This document shows, piece by piece, positions 21,502 through 31,218 of a stretch of DNA of 64,000 nt. Made by a program: the position numbers and the translations under genes. Numbering within the stretch: the stretch's first letter is position 1; each line of letters begins with the position of its first letter. Location: positions 248,001 through 312,000 of the forward strand of contig OZ037837.1 in the NCBI GenBank assembly GCA_964035575.1, in the 5' to 3' direction. The notes under the pieces were generated by a model. That model ran no database searches and was not told where the DNA came from. It saw only the letters and a list, made by a program, of their open reading frames with translations. This stretch comes from Rhynchopus sp. YZ270_cl-10. Its lineage: Eukaryota.

Positions 21502-22675
21502 GGGGAAGCAGGGGGGGAAACAGGGGGGGAAGCAGGGGGGGAAGCAGGGGGGGAAGCAGGGGGGGAAACAGGGGGGGAAGCAGGGGGGGAAACAGGGGGG
21601 GAAACAGGGGGGGAAGCAGGGGGGGAAGCAGGGGGGGAAACAGGGGGGGAAACAGGGGGGGAAGCAGGGGGGGAAACAGGGGGGGAAACAGGGGGGGAAG
21701 CAGGGGGGGAAGCAGGGGGGGAAGCAGGGGGGGAAGCAGGGGGGGAAGCAGGGGGGGAAGCAGGGGGGGAAGCAGGGGGGGAAGCAGGGGGGGAAGCAGG
21801 GGGGGAAGCAGGGGGGGAAGCAGGGGGGGAAACAGGGGGGGAAGCAGGGGGGGAAGCAGGGGGGGAAACAGGGGGGGAAGCAGGGGGGGAAACAGGGGGG
21901 GAAACAGGGGGGGAAGCAGGGGGGGAAGCAGGGGGGGAAGCAGGGGGGGAAGCAGGGGGGGAAGCAGGGGGGGAAGCAGGGGGGGAAACAGGGGGGGAAG
22001 CAGGGGGGGAAGCAGGGGGGGAAGCAGGGGGGGAAACAGGGGGGGAAGCAGGGGGGGAAGCAGGGGGGGAAACAGGGGGGGAAACAGGGGGGGAAGCAGG
22101 GGGGGAAACAGGGGGGGAAACAGGGGGGGAAGCAGGGGGGGAAGCAGGGGGGGAAGCAGGGGGGGAAGCAGGGGGGGAAGCAGGGGGGGAAGCAGGGGGG
22201 GAAGCAGGGGGGGAAGCAGGGGGGGAAGCAGGGGGGGAAGCAGGGGGGGAAGCAGGGGGGGAAGCAGGGGGGGAAGCAGGGGGGGAAGCAGGGGGGGAAA
22301 CAGGGGGGGAAGCAGGGGGGGAAGCAGGGGGGGAAACAGGGGGGGAAACAGGGGGGGAAGCAGGGGGGGAAACAGGGGGGGAAACAGGGGGGGAAGCAGG
22401 GGGGGAAGCAGGGGGGGAAGCAGGGGGGGAAGCAGGGGGGGAAGCAGGGGGGGAAGCAGGGGGGGAAGCAGGGGGGGAAGCAGGGGGGGAAGCAGGGGGG
22501 GAAACAGGGGGGGAAGCAGGGGGGGAAGCAGGGGGGGAAGCAGGGGGGGAAGCAGGGGGGGAAGCAGGGGGGGAAGCAGGGGGGGAAGCAGGGGGGGAAG
22601 CAGGGGGGGAAGCAGGGGGGGAAACAGGGGGGGAAACAGGGGGGGAAACAGGGGACAAAACCTGCGACGCAATGA
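21502..22675 (+). repeat. 12-bp tandem array x~96 (mixed AAG/AAA), the 3' part of family A gag, ending GGKQGTKPATQ-stop
   Basis: Directly visible; TGA at 22673-22675 in the GGKQ frame. Confidence 0.93.
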
Positions 22676-25395
22676 CTAGGGTCCGCTCTTCCGAGCAACT
22701 CTCATCAAGATTCTTTTTACTCTCACCTTCTTTTTCCCCCCCCCTCCAAGTGGGGACGTTCCCGTCAGGTAGTAGCGTCTTTGGGAACTTTTCAGAGGGA
22801 ACAGATCGAGGCCTCTCTCAGGGAAACCCTCGTTCAGTCCCTCGCCCCGTCCACCCAGTCCTCGATGCAGAGTGTTTTACGCACATACCTGCAATTCAAG
22901 GAAAACTGGGAGTGGGCGACGGGCCAGTCCCTGGAACACGCGGTGGCGGTACTCTTGTTTGCAGAAAAGAAGCGGGGAGAGGGGGCAAAAAAGTCCACAG
23001 TCCTTCAGTATACCATGTCCCTAGCGGGTGCACTGAAGAGGCTGGATGGAGACCTGATTTCCCACTCCCAGCTCGTACAAGATTATCGCCAGGCCCTCAA
23101 AAGAGGCGGCGCATTGCTCTCGGAGCGCCAGGCGAAACCTGCCCTGTTTTCACAGGTGCAGACAGTTCTGGATCGGCTTCCGATGGGGGTGCTCCGTCTC
23201 GCCATTGCTTTGTGTTGGGCGGGGGCGGCTCGTGCGTCGGACGTGCTGCGCTTGAGAAGGTCGGAGCTAGTGATTCGGTCGGACTCGTCGATCCAGGTGC
23301 ACTGGACAAAGACGAAGTCCGATCCTTATCAACTAGGTCGCTTCTCGGGAGTGGTGCTCCGTCCTCAAGAGACCCGTCTTCTTTTTGTTCACCTCTCCTC
23401 CCTCACCCCCCAACAACAACTTTTCCCTTTTTCTCTAACGACAAAGGTCATCTCGGACGAGTTGAAGAAGACCTGCCCGGCGCTCACGTCCCACTCTCTC
23501 AGAAGGGGGGCGGTGCAGCACCTGGTGGGCCGGAATGTGGACCTCGAGATGATTCGCCAGCTCACCCGTCACGCGGACGTGAACTCCGTCGTGCGTTATG
23601 CGCACGAGGCGGGGGGTTCGGTCGCGGCGAGTTCGGCGGAAACATCGCGACTCCTCCTATCCTAAATCCCGCTTTCCCCTCCCCTTTATTTACACCGTGT
23701 TCTCAAAGCTTGTTTACTAATCCTTCTTTTTATTCTGCTCCATTTTCTCCTTCCCCCCCTCCCTTTTCTGTGTCTACGTGTGAGGAAGAAGACTACGGGC
23801 CGGGCCTCGACTCGCTATATGATTCTGTTTGTGTGGTTAAGATTCATAAGTCGAGTGTCAGGGCCCCGGCTGTGGTTAGCCTTTCTGAGAAGCTTGCACC
23901 CATTTGTTCCTCCTTTCTGCATTTGGATAGAGTGAAAGAACTGGACAGAGAAGGTGAGCTCAAAGGGATTTTAGATCTTATTACTGATCCCAAATGTTTT
24001 TACTCAGCCTTCAGACCGGGGTCTCTGGACCTCATTTTTTCCAACCCCAGTGTTTTTTCGTCGTCTATCTCCAGAAACATGGCACACCATCTGGACAGGT
24101 TATTGGAATACGGGGTTGTTAAACGTGTGTCAGCTCGTCAAACAGTGGTATTGCACGCATTCACCGTACCTAAGAAATCTGCGGGTGTTCGTTTTGTCGC
24201 AGATGGGCGTAAATTGAATAAGTTAATGTACCGGCCTCCTGAGATGCTTCTTCCGAAGATACCTCAGGTGATCGACAGAGTTCTGGAGTCTTCCTGGGCA
24301 GTACTTGCGGACGGCAAAAGTTGGTTTTACCAATTTGGCCTACACGAGGAAATCCAGGCTTTTTTCGGTATCAATCTGGGTCATCAGAGAGGAGATTTCA
24401 TCCAAACCAGACTCATTGCTATGTGCATGGGGTGGTCTTTCGCACCTTGTATTGCTCACCGCACTGCGAGGGTGCTCCTCCCTGATGACTCGGGTGTTAC
24501 CTGGGTGGACAACTTCATTGTTTTAGATAAGTCTCGCGAGGCTGTTACTTTTTCGTTTTCTCAGTTTTTAGCACGTTGTAAACACGTGAATGCTGTGCTA
24601 AACTTAGAAGATGAGTTTTACGGTGAACCGTTGCAAGTTTTTTGTGCCTTAGGAATTGAGTTTGATTTGGTGAATCACCGTTTTCGCGCTGAGCACAAGT
24701 GGGTCACCAAGTTGTTAAACTGTGAGGAATGGGAAAAGGTCAAGTCAAATTCTTGCACTATTCGCCAATTTTTCAAAGTTTTTGGTTCTTTGGTGTGGAA
24801 CTCTTATTCTGTTCGTTCACCCCTTTGCTACCTTCCATCTTCCCTTTCTTTTATCCGTGATGTGGCGCGGACCACTACCCAGTCACCCGAGGCGTGGGAC
24901 TTACCCCTCGATGTCAGGAGCTCTACCCTCGCCGAGCTCTCACTCCGTATGAGCGAAGTAGAGGTGAACAATTGGCAAGGGAAGCGTCCGACACAGGAGG
25001 TAACTGTGTGGTCTGATGCGTCTCAGGAAGGGTGGGCGGCGGTTTTCGAAGGTGAGAAGGAAACGGTCGCTCAGGGTCTGTTTACAGAGAACCCCGAGTG
25101 GCATATTTATATTAAAGAAATTTTTGCGGCGGCTAAAGCCATCCAACTTACCGCTTCCATGTTTAATAATAAAAAAGTTTTGTTGATGGTTGACAACATG
25201 GCTGCTGTGTACAGCATTCAACGGGGCCATTCGTCCAACTTCATCTCAAATACACTCTTGGCCAAATTATTTCGAATCGCTGAAGAAGCGAATTTGTATA
25301 TCGTGTGCACTTGGGTATCTACTTTGGTTCAGAAGGCGGATCCCTTTTCACGGGATTCGAAAGCCAAGGATCCTATTTTATTGGATGAGTTGTAA
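22672..25395 (+). CDS. Reverse transcriptase / RNase H (family A)
   Basis: AFTVPKK, RFVADGRKLN, LADGKSWFYQ, MCMGW, TWVDNF, ALGIEFD; RNase H WSDAS..GW, IYIKE, MVDN, ADPFSR. ATG overlaps the gag stop (ATGA); start uncertain. Confidence 0.9.
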   Translation: MTRVRSSEQLSSRFFLLSPSFSPPLQVGTFPSGSSVFGNFSEGTDRGLSQGNPRSVPRPVHPVLDAECFTHIPAIQGKLGVGDGPVPGTRGGGTLVCRKEAGRGGKKVHSPSVYHVPSGCTEEAGWRPDFPLPARTRLSPGPQKRRRIALGAPGETCPVFTGADSSGSASDGGAPSRHCFVLGGGGSCVGRAALEKVGASDSVGLVDPGALDKDEVRSLSTRSLLGSGAPSSRDPSSFCSPLLPHPPTTTFPFFSNDKGHLGRVEEDLPGAHVPLSQKGGGAAPGGPECGPRDDSPAHPSRGRELRRALCARGGGFGRGEFGGNIATPPILNPAFPSPLFTPCSQSLFTNPSFYSAPFSPSPPPFSVSTCEEEDYGPGLDSLYDSVCVVKIHKSSVRAPAVVSLSEKLAPICSSFLHLDRVKELDREGELKGILDLITDPKCFYSAFRPGSLDLIFSNPSVFSSSISRNMAHHLDRLLEYGVVKRVSARQTVVLHAFTVPKKSAGVRFVADGRKLNKLMYRPPEMLLPKIPQVIDRVLESSWAVLADGKSWFYQFGLHEEIQAFFGINLGHQRGDFIQTRLIAMCMGWSFAPCIAHRTARVLLPDDSGVTWVDNFIVLDKSREAVTFSFSQFLARCKHVNAVLNLEDEFYGEPLQVFCALGIEFDLVNHRFRAEHKWVTKLLNCEEWEKVKSNSCTIRQFFKVFGSLVWNSYSVRSPLCYLPSSLSFIRDVARTTTQSPEAWDLPLDVRSSTLAELSLRMSEVEVNNWQGKRPTQEVTVWSDASQEGWAAVFEGEKETVAQGLFTENPEWHIYIKEIFAAAKAIQLTASMFNNKKVLLMVDNMAAVYSIQRGHSSNFISNTLLAKLFRIAEEANLYIVCTWVSTLVQKADPFSRDSKAKDPILLDEL
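22781..23665 (+). CDS. Tyrosine recombinase (family A)
   Basis: AARASDV (R), TKTK, HSLRRG, TRH, VVRY; frame is open back to the gag stop; nested within the RT frame. Confidence 0.92.
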   Translation: MGTFQREQIEASLRETLVQSLAPSTQSSMQSVLRTYLQFKENWEWATGQSLEHAVAVLLFAEKKRGEGAKKSTVLQYTMSLAGALKRLDGDLISHSQLVQDYRQALKRGGALLSERQAKPALFSQVQTVLDRLPMGVLRLAIALCWAGAARASDVLRLRRSELVIRSDSSIQVHWTKTKSDPYQLGRFSGVVLRPQETRLLFVHLSSLTPQQQLFPFSLTTKVISDELKKTCPALTSHSLRRGAVQHLVGRNVDLEMIRQLTRHADVNSVVRYAHEAGGSVAASSAETSRLLLS

Positions 25396-25642
25396 TTCTT
25401 TTTACGGACTGGTTGGTCTTTATTTGTATAACAGTTTCGCACCGTTTTGTATCTCCACCTTAATTCTTCTAATTCGTTTCGTCTATTCCCGTTAAATTTG
25501 TTGTGGGAACTTGTCTGTAAGAATTGTTTTTCTGTTTATCTGTTCGCGTGGCGTCCCTCAGGGTCCTTAGGGTCCTGGAGGATGCGTCCAATGAAAATCA
25601 CGTCGTGTAGAAGAGTTCAAGAATGTAGGTTTTATTATTTTT

Positions 25643-25900
25643 GTATACAACAGACGAAGCGGTACGCGTACGGTTGTAAAGAAATAATACAGACCGAAAT
25701 GTTTGGGCGTCTTCGGTTCGAATGATTGGAATTGTGTGTGTAGTTCAGACATAAATACTGGCTCTTCTATCTTGTTCTTTTATTCATTGTTTTCCTTTCA
25801 TTGCCCTTTGCTTGTGCTCCCCGACTCCAATTCAACCAACACTTACAGAGGGGGGTCAAAAAGTTATTAGCGTTTTTCATTTAAAAAAAAAAAAAAAAAA
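25643..25900 (+). repeat. Second copy of the family A 5' end, head-to-tail with the 3' end
   Basis: Identical to 14178-14435 up to the poly(A) tract, then unrelated sequence; third copy at 30595-30855. Confidence 0.9.
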
Positions 25901-26442
25901 GAAAGAAGGAAAGGAGATAATTGGCGTTATTGTTGTTATTGGGATTTACAGTCTCACATTGTCTTTTTCGTTCGTTGTTCTATTTAGACACGTTGGGCCT
26001 AATGCGCCTGCACTGTTCGATGCTAGTATGTAAGCACAGAGCACCTAGGGTCTGACTATTACGCGCAGTACCGTCGAGGGACGTACTGTTGCAACGAACT
26101 TCACACCAAGAAGGAATCCTTCAGCGCCGTCTTCACCACATCTGGCGCTCCCGCACAACATACGCGCATCACTTCACTCACCTTGAAGTGACAGGCCTTG
26201 CGCCCCTCAAACTCAGCTGTCAAGTCCATATTCGTACGAGGGAAGGAAAACACACCGGGGAAACAAATTTGTGGAAAAAATTCCTGATGAAGGTGGTGTG
26301 TTTTGACTTTCCCGTTCCAACCTTTGCAGAGCAAAGAGGTAATAAAAGCAAAAATGGACCAAAGCATCTTATACTATCATCTACAGTAACACCAGATCTC
26401 CCCATGTCGCAGCAAAGCTGCTTTAACAAGTTAACTGGGGAG

Positions 26443-27628
26443 GGGGAAGCAGGGGGGGAAACAGGGGGGGAAGCAGGGGGGGAAGCAGGGGGGGAAGCAG
26501 GGGGGGAAACAGGGGGGGAAGCAGGGGGGGAAACAGGGGGGGAAACAGGGGGGGAAGCAGGGGGGGAAGCAGGGGGGGAAACAGGGGGGGAAACAGGGGG
26601 GGAAGCAGGGGGGGAAACAGGGGGGGAAACAGGGGGGGAAGCAGGGGGGGAAGCAGGGGGGGAAGCAGGGGGGGAAGCAGGGGGGGAAGCAGGGGGGGAA
26701 GCAGGGGGGGAAGCAGGGGGGGAAGCAGGGGGGGAAGCAGGGGGGGAAGCAGGGGGGGAAGCAGGGGGGGAAACAGGGGGGGAAGCAGGGGGGGAAGCAG
26801 GGGGGGAAACAGGGGGGGAAGCAGGGGGGGAAACAGGGGGGGAAACAGGGGGGGAAGCAGGGGGGGAAGCAGGGGGGGAAGCAGGGGGGGAAGCAGGGGG
26901 GGAAGCAGGGGGGGAAGCAGGGGGGGAAACAGGGGGGGAAGCAGGGGGGGAAGCAGGGGGGGAAGCAGGGGGGGAAACAGGGGGGGAAGCAGGGGGGGAA
27001 GCAGGGGGGGAAACAGGGGGGGAAACAGGGGGGGAAGCAGGGGGGGAAACAGGGGGGGAAACAGGGGGGGAAGCAGGGGGGGAAGCAGGGGGGGAAGCAG
27101 GGGGGGAAGCAGGGGGGGAAGCAGGGGGGGAAGCAGGGGGGGAAGCAGGGGGGGAAGCAGGGGGGGAAGCAGGGGGGGAAGCAGGGGGGGAAGCAGGGGG
27201 GGAAGCAGGGGGGGAAGCAGGGGGGGAAGCAGGGGGGGAAACAGGGGGGGAAGCAGGGGGGGAAGCAGGGGGGGAAACAGGGGGGGAAACAGGGGGGGAA
27301 GCAGGGGGGGAAACAGGGGGGGAAACAGGGGGGGAAGCAGGGGGGGAAGCAGGGGGGGAAGCAGGGGGGGAAGCAGGGGGGGAAGCAGGGGGGGAAGCAG
27401 GGGGGGAAGCAGGGGGGGAAGCAGGGGGGGAAGCAGGGGGGGAAGCAGGGGGGGAAACAGGGGGGGAAGCAGGGGGGGAAGCAGGGGGGGAAGCAGGGGG
27501 GGAAGCAGGGGGGGAAGCAGGGGGGGAAGCAGGGGGGGAAGCAGGGGGGGAAGCAGGGGGGGAAGCAGGGGGGGAAACAGGGGGGGAAACAGGGGGGGAA
27601 ACAGGGGACAAAACCTGCGACGCAATGA
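26443..27628 (+). repeat. Duplicated 12-bp array x~97
   Basis: Same AAG/AAA pattern as 21502-22675 with one extra unit. Confidence 0.93.
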
Positions 27629-30348
27629 CTAGGGTCCGCTCTTCCGAGCAACTCTCATCAAGATTCTTTTTACTCTCACCTTCTTTTTCCCCCCCCCTCC
27701 AAGTGGGGACGTTCCCGTCAGGTAGTAGCGTCTTTGGGAACTTTTCAGAGGGAACAGATCGAGGCCTCTCTCAGGGAAACCCTCGTTCAGTCCCTCGCCC
27801 CGTCCACCCAGTCCTCGATGCAGAGTGTTTTACGCACATACCTGCAATTCAAGGAAAACTGGGAGTGGGCGACGGGCCAGTCCCTGGAACACGCGGTGGC
27901 GGTACTCTTGTTTGCAGAAAAGAAGCGGGGAGAGGGGGCAAAAAAGTCCACAGTCCTTCAGTATACCATGTCCCTAGCGGGTGCACTGAAGAGGCTGGAT
28001 GGAGACCTGATTTCCCACTCCCAGCTCGTACAAGATTATCGCCAGGCCCTCAAAAGAGGCGGCGCATTGCTCTCGGAGCGCCAGGCGAAACCTGCCCTGT
28101 TTTCACAGGTGCAGACAGTTCTGGATCGGCTTCCGATGGGGGTGCTCCGTCTCGCCATTGCTTTGTGTTGGGCGGGGGCGGCTCGTGCGTCGGACGTGCT
28201 GCGCTTGAGAAGGTCGGAGCTAGTGATTCGGTCGGACTCGTCGATCCAGGTGCACTGGACAAAGACGAAGTCCGATCCTTATCAACTAGGTCGCTTCTCG
28301 GGAGTGGTGCTCCGTCCTCAAGAGACCCGTCTTCTTTTTGTTCACCTCTCCTCCCTCACCCCCCAACAACAACTTTTCCCTTTTTCTCTAACGACAAAGG
28401 TCATCTCGGACGAGTTGAAGAAGACCTGCCCGGCGCTCACGTCCCACTCTCTCAGAAGGGGGGCGGTGCAGCACCTGGTGGGCCGGAATGTGGACCTCGA
28501 GATGATTCGCCAGCTCACCCGTCACGCGGACGTGAACTCCGTCGTGCGTTATGCGCACGAGGCGGGGGGTTCGGTCGCGGCGAGTTCGGCGGAAACATCG
28601 CGACTCCTCCTATCCTAAATCCCGCTTTCCCCTCCCCTTTATTTACACCGTGTTCTCAAAGCTTGTTTACTAATCCTTCTTTTTATTCTGCTCCATTTTC
28701 TCCTTCCCCCCCTCCCTTTTCTGTGTCTACGTGTGAGGAAGAAGACTACGGGCCGGGCCTCGACTCGCTATATGATTCTGTTTGTGTGGTTAAGATTCAT
28801 AAGTCGAGTGTCAGGGCCCCGGCTGTGGTTAGCCTTTCTGAGAAGCTTGCACCCATTTGTTCCTCCTTTCTGCATTTGGATAGAGTGAAAGAACTGGACA
28901 GAGAAGGTGAGCTCAAAGGGATTTTAGATCTTATTACTGATCCCAAATGTTTTTACTCAGCCTTCAGACCGGGGTCTCTGGACCTCATTTTTTCCAACCC
29001 CAGTGTTTTTTCGTCGTCTATCTCCAGAAACATGGCACACCATCTGGACAGGTTATTGGAATACGGGGTTGTTAAACGTGTGTCAGCTCGTCAAACAGTG
29101 GTATTGCACGCATTCACCGTACCTAAGAAATCTGCGGGTGTTCGTTTTGTCGCAGATGGGCGTAAATTGAATAAGTTAATGTACCGGCCTCCTGAGATGC
29201 TTCTTCCGAAGATACCTCAGGTGATCGACAGAGTTCTGGAGTCTTCCTGGGCAGTACTTGCGGACGGCAAAAGTTGGTTTTACCAATTTGGCCTACACGA
29301 GGAAATCCAGGCTTTTTTCGGTATCAATCTGGGTCATCAGAGAGGAGATTTCATCCAAACCAGACTCATTGCTATGTGCATGGGGTGGTCTTTCGCACCT
29401 TGTATTGCTCACCGCACTGCGAGGGTGCTCCTCCCTGATGACTCGGGTGTTACCTGGGTGGACAACTTCATTGTTTTAGATAAGTCTCGCGAGGCTGTTA
29501 CTTTTTCGTTTTCTCAGTTTTTAGCACGTTGTAAACACGTGAATGCTGTGCTAAACTTAGAAGATGAGTTTTACGGTGAACCGTTGCAAGTTTTTTGTGC
29601 CTTAGGAATTGAGTTTGATTTGGTGAATCACCGTTTTCGCGCTGAGCACAAGTGGGTCACCAAGTTGTTAAACTGTGAGGAATGGGAAAAGGTCAAGTCA
29701 AATTCTTGCACTATTCGCCAATTTTTCAAAGTTTTTGGTTCTTTGGTGTGGAACTCTTATTCTGTTCGTTCACCCCTTTGCTACCTTCCATCTTCCCTTT
29801 CTTTTATCCGTGATGTGGCGCGGACCACTACCCAGTCACCCGAGGCGTGGGACTTACCCCTCGATGTCAGGAGCTCTACCCTCGCCGAGCTCTCACTCCG
29901 TATGAGCGAAGTAGAGGTGAACAATTGGCAAGGGAAGCGTCCGACACAGGAGGTAACTGTGTGGTCTGATGCGTCTCAGGAAGGGTGGGCGGCGGTTTTC
30001 GAAGGTGAGAAGGAAACGGTCGCTCAGGGTCTGTTTACAGAGAACCCCGAGTGGCATATTTATATTAAAGAAATTTTTGCGGCGGCTAAAGCCATCCAAC
30101 TTACCGCTTCCATGTTTAATAATAAAAAAGTTTTGTTGATGGTTGACAACATGGCTGCTGTGTACAGCATTCAACGGGGCCATTCGTCCAACTTCATCTC
30201 AAATACACTCTTGGCCAAATTATTTCGAATCGCTGAAGAAGCGAATTTGTATATCGTGTGCACTTGGGTATCTACTTTGGTTCAGAAGGCGGATCCCTTT
30301 TCACGGGATTCGAAAGCCAAGGATCCTATTTTATTGGATGAGTTGTAA
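27625..30348 (+). CDS. RT / RNase H (family A), duplicate copy
   Basis: Translation identical to 22672-25395. Confidence 0.88.
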   Translation: MTRVRSSEQLSSRFFLLSPSFSPPLQVGTFPSGSSVFGNFSEGTDRGLSQGNPRSVPRPVHPVLDAECFTHIPAIQGKLGVGDGPVPGTRGGGTLVCRKEAGRGGKKVHSPSVYHVPSGCTEEAGWRPDFPLPARTRLSPGPQKRRRIALGAPGETCPVFTGADSSGSASDGGAPSRHCFVLGGGGSCVGRAALEKVGASDSVGLVDPGALDKDEVRSLSTRSLLGSGAPSSRDPSSFCSPLLPHPPTTTFPFFSNDKGHLGRVEEDLPGAHVPLSQKGGGAAPGGPECGPRDDSPAHPSRGRELRRALCARGGGFGRGEFGGNIATPPILNPAFPSPLFTPCSQSLFTNPSFYSAPFSPSPPPFSVSTCEEEDYGPGLDSLYDSVCVVKIHKSSVRAPAVVSLSEKLAPICSSFLHLDRVKELDREGELKGILDLITDPKCFYSAFRPGSLDLIFSNPSVFSSSISRNMAHHLDRLLEYGVVKRVSARQTVVLHAFTVPKKSAGVRFVADGRKLNKLMYRPPEMLLPKIPQVIDRVLESSWAVLADGKSWFYQFGLHEEIQAFFGINLGHQRGDFIQTRLIAMCMGWSFAPCIAHRTARVLLPDDSGVTWVDNFIVLDKSREAVTFSFSQFLARCKHVNAVLNLEDEFYGEPLQVFCALGIEFDLVNHRFRAEHKWVTKLLNCEEWEKVKSNSCTIRQFFKVFGSLVWNSYSVRSPLCYLPSSLSFIRDVARTTTQSPEAWDLPLDVRSSTLAELSLRMSEVEVNNWQGKRPTQEVTVWSDASQEGWAAVFEGEKETVAQGLFTENPEWHIYIKEIFAAAKAIQLTASMFNNKKVLLMVDNMAAVYSIQRGHSSNFISNTLLAKLFRIAEEANLYIVCTWVSTLVQKADPFSRDSKAKDPILLDEL
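27734..28618 (+). CDS. Tyrosine recombinase (family A), duplicate copy
   Basis: Translation identical to 22781-23665. Confidence 0.9.
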   Translation: MGTFQREQIEASLRETLVQSLAPSTQSSMQSVLRTYLQFKENWEWATGQSLEHAVAVLLFAEKKRGEGAKKSTVLQYTMSLAGALKRLDGDLISHSQLVQDYRQALKRGGALLSERQAKPALFSQVQTVLDRLPMGVLRLAIALCWAGAARASDVLRLRRSELVIRSDSSIQVHWTKTKSDPYQLGRFSGVVLRPQETRLLFVHLSSLTPQQQLFPFSLTTKVISDELKKTCPALTSHSLRRGAVQHLVGRNVDLEMIRQLTRHADVNSVVRYAHEAGGSVAASSAETSRLLLS

Positions 30349-31218
30349 TTCTTTTTACGGACTGGTTGGTCTTTATTTGTATAACAGTTCGCACCGTTTT
30401 GTATCTCCACCTTAATTCTTCTAATTCGTTTCGTCTATTCCCGTTAAATTTGTTGTGGGAACTTGTCTGTAAGAATTGTTTTTCTGTTTATCTGTTCGCG
30501 TGGCGTCCCTCAGGGTCCTTAGGGTCCTGGAGGATGCGTCCAATGAAAATCACGTCGTGTAGAAGAGTTCAAGAATGTAGGTTTTATTATTTTTGTATAC
30601 AACAGACGAAGCGGTACGCGTACGGTTGTAAAGAAATAATACAGACCGAAATGTTTGGGCGTCTTCGGTTCGAATGATTGGAATTGTGTGTGTAGTTCAG
30701 ACATAAATACTGGCTCTTCTATCTTGTTCTTTTATTCATTGTTTTCCTTTCATTGCCCTTTGCTTGTGCTCCCCGACTCCAATTCAACCAACACTTACAG
30801 AGGGGGGTCAAAAAGTTATTAGCGTTTTTCATTTAAAAAAAAAAAAAAAAAAAAAGAAAGAAGGAAAAGAGATAATTGGCGTTATTGTTGTTATTGGGAT
30901 TTACAGTCTCACATTGTCTTTTTCGTTCGTTGTTCTATTTAGACACGTTGGGCCTAATGCGCCTGCACTGTTCGATGCTAGTATGTAAGCACAGAGCACC
31001 TAGGGTCTGACTATTACGCGCAGTACCGTCGAGGGACGTACTGTTGCAACGAACTTCACACCATTTCTCCGACTGTTTAGGTAGCCGCTTACATACAGCT
31101 CACAGGCGTCGCAGGCGGTGCACAAATACATCAGGAAGCACCTCTTGTGCCCCATACACACAGAGGATGTAACTGCCAACAGCGAAGTCCAGGTAGTCGG
31201 AAGAGCACAACTATTAGT

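Larger units (their letters stand above)
14178..25642 (+). mobile_element. YR retrotransposon family A (Gag-YR-RT/RNaseH, VIPER/TATE-like), interrupted by element B
   Basis: Begins (T)nGTATACAAC, ends GTAGGTTTTATTATTTTT; ends independently defined by the remnant at 3128-3292; encodes gag-like, YR and RT/RH ORFs. Confidence 0.85.
26107..31063. repeat. ~4.95-kb tandem duplication of 21166-26108
   Basis: Near-identical; junction ACACCA|AGAAGG with CA microhomology; differs by one extra 12-mer, homopolymer lengths and one substitution. Confidence 0.93.

Noticed and set aside
20683..22671. N-terminal part of the 1570-aa ORF (and of the 1419-aa ORF at 26089)
   Set aside because: Chimeric: antisense of element B plus the array; it crosses an insertion junction.
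22781..23665. YR as a phage integrase or bacterial contamination
   Set aside because: Overlaps an RT/RNase H ORF of retrotransposon type in a eukaryotic context.
15449..27651. Long ORFs of (LLPP)n, (SPPA)n, (CFPP)n and (GGSR)n
   Set aside because: By-products of a stop-free 12-bp array; only the GGKQ frame joins an ATG-led ORF on the element strand.
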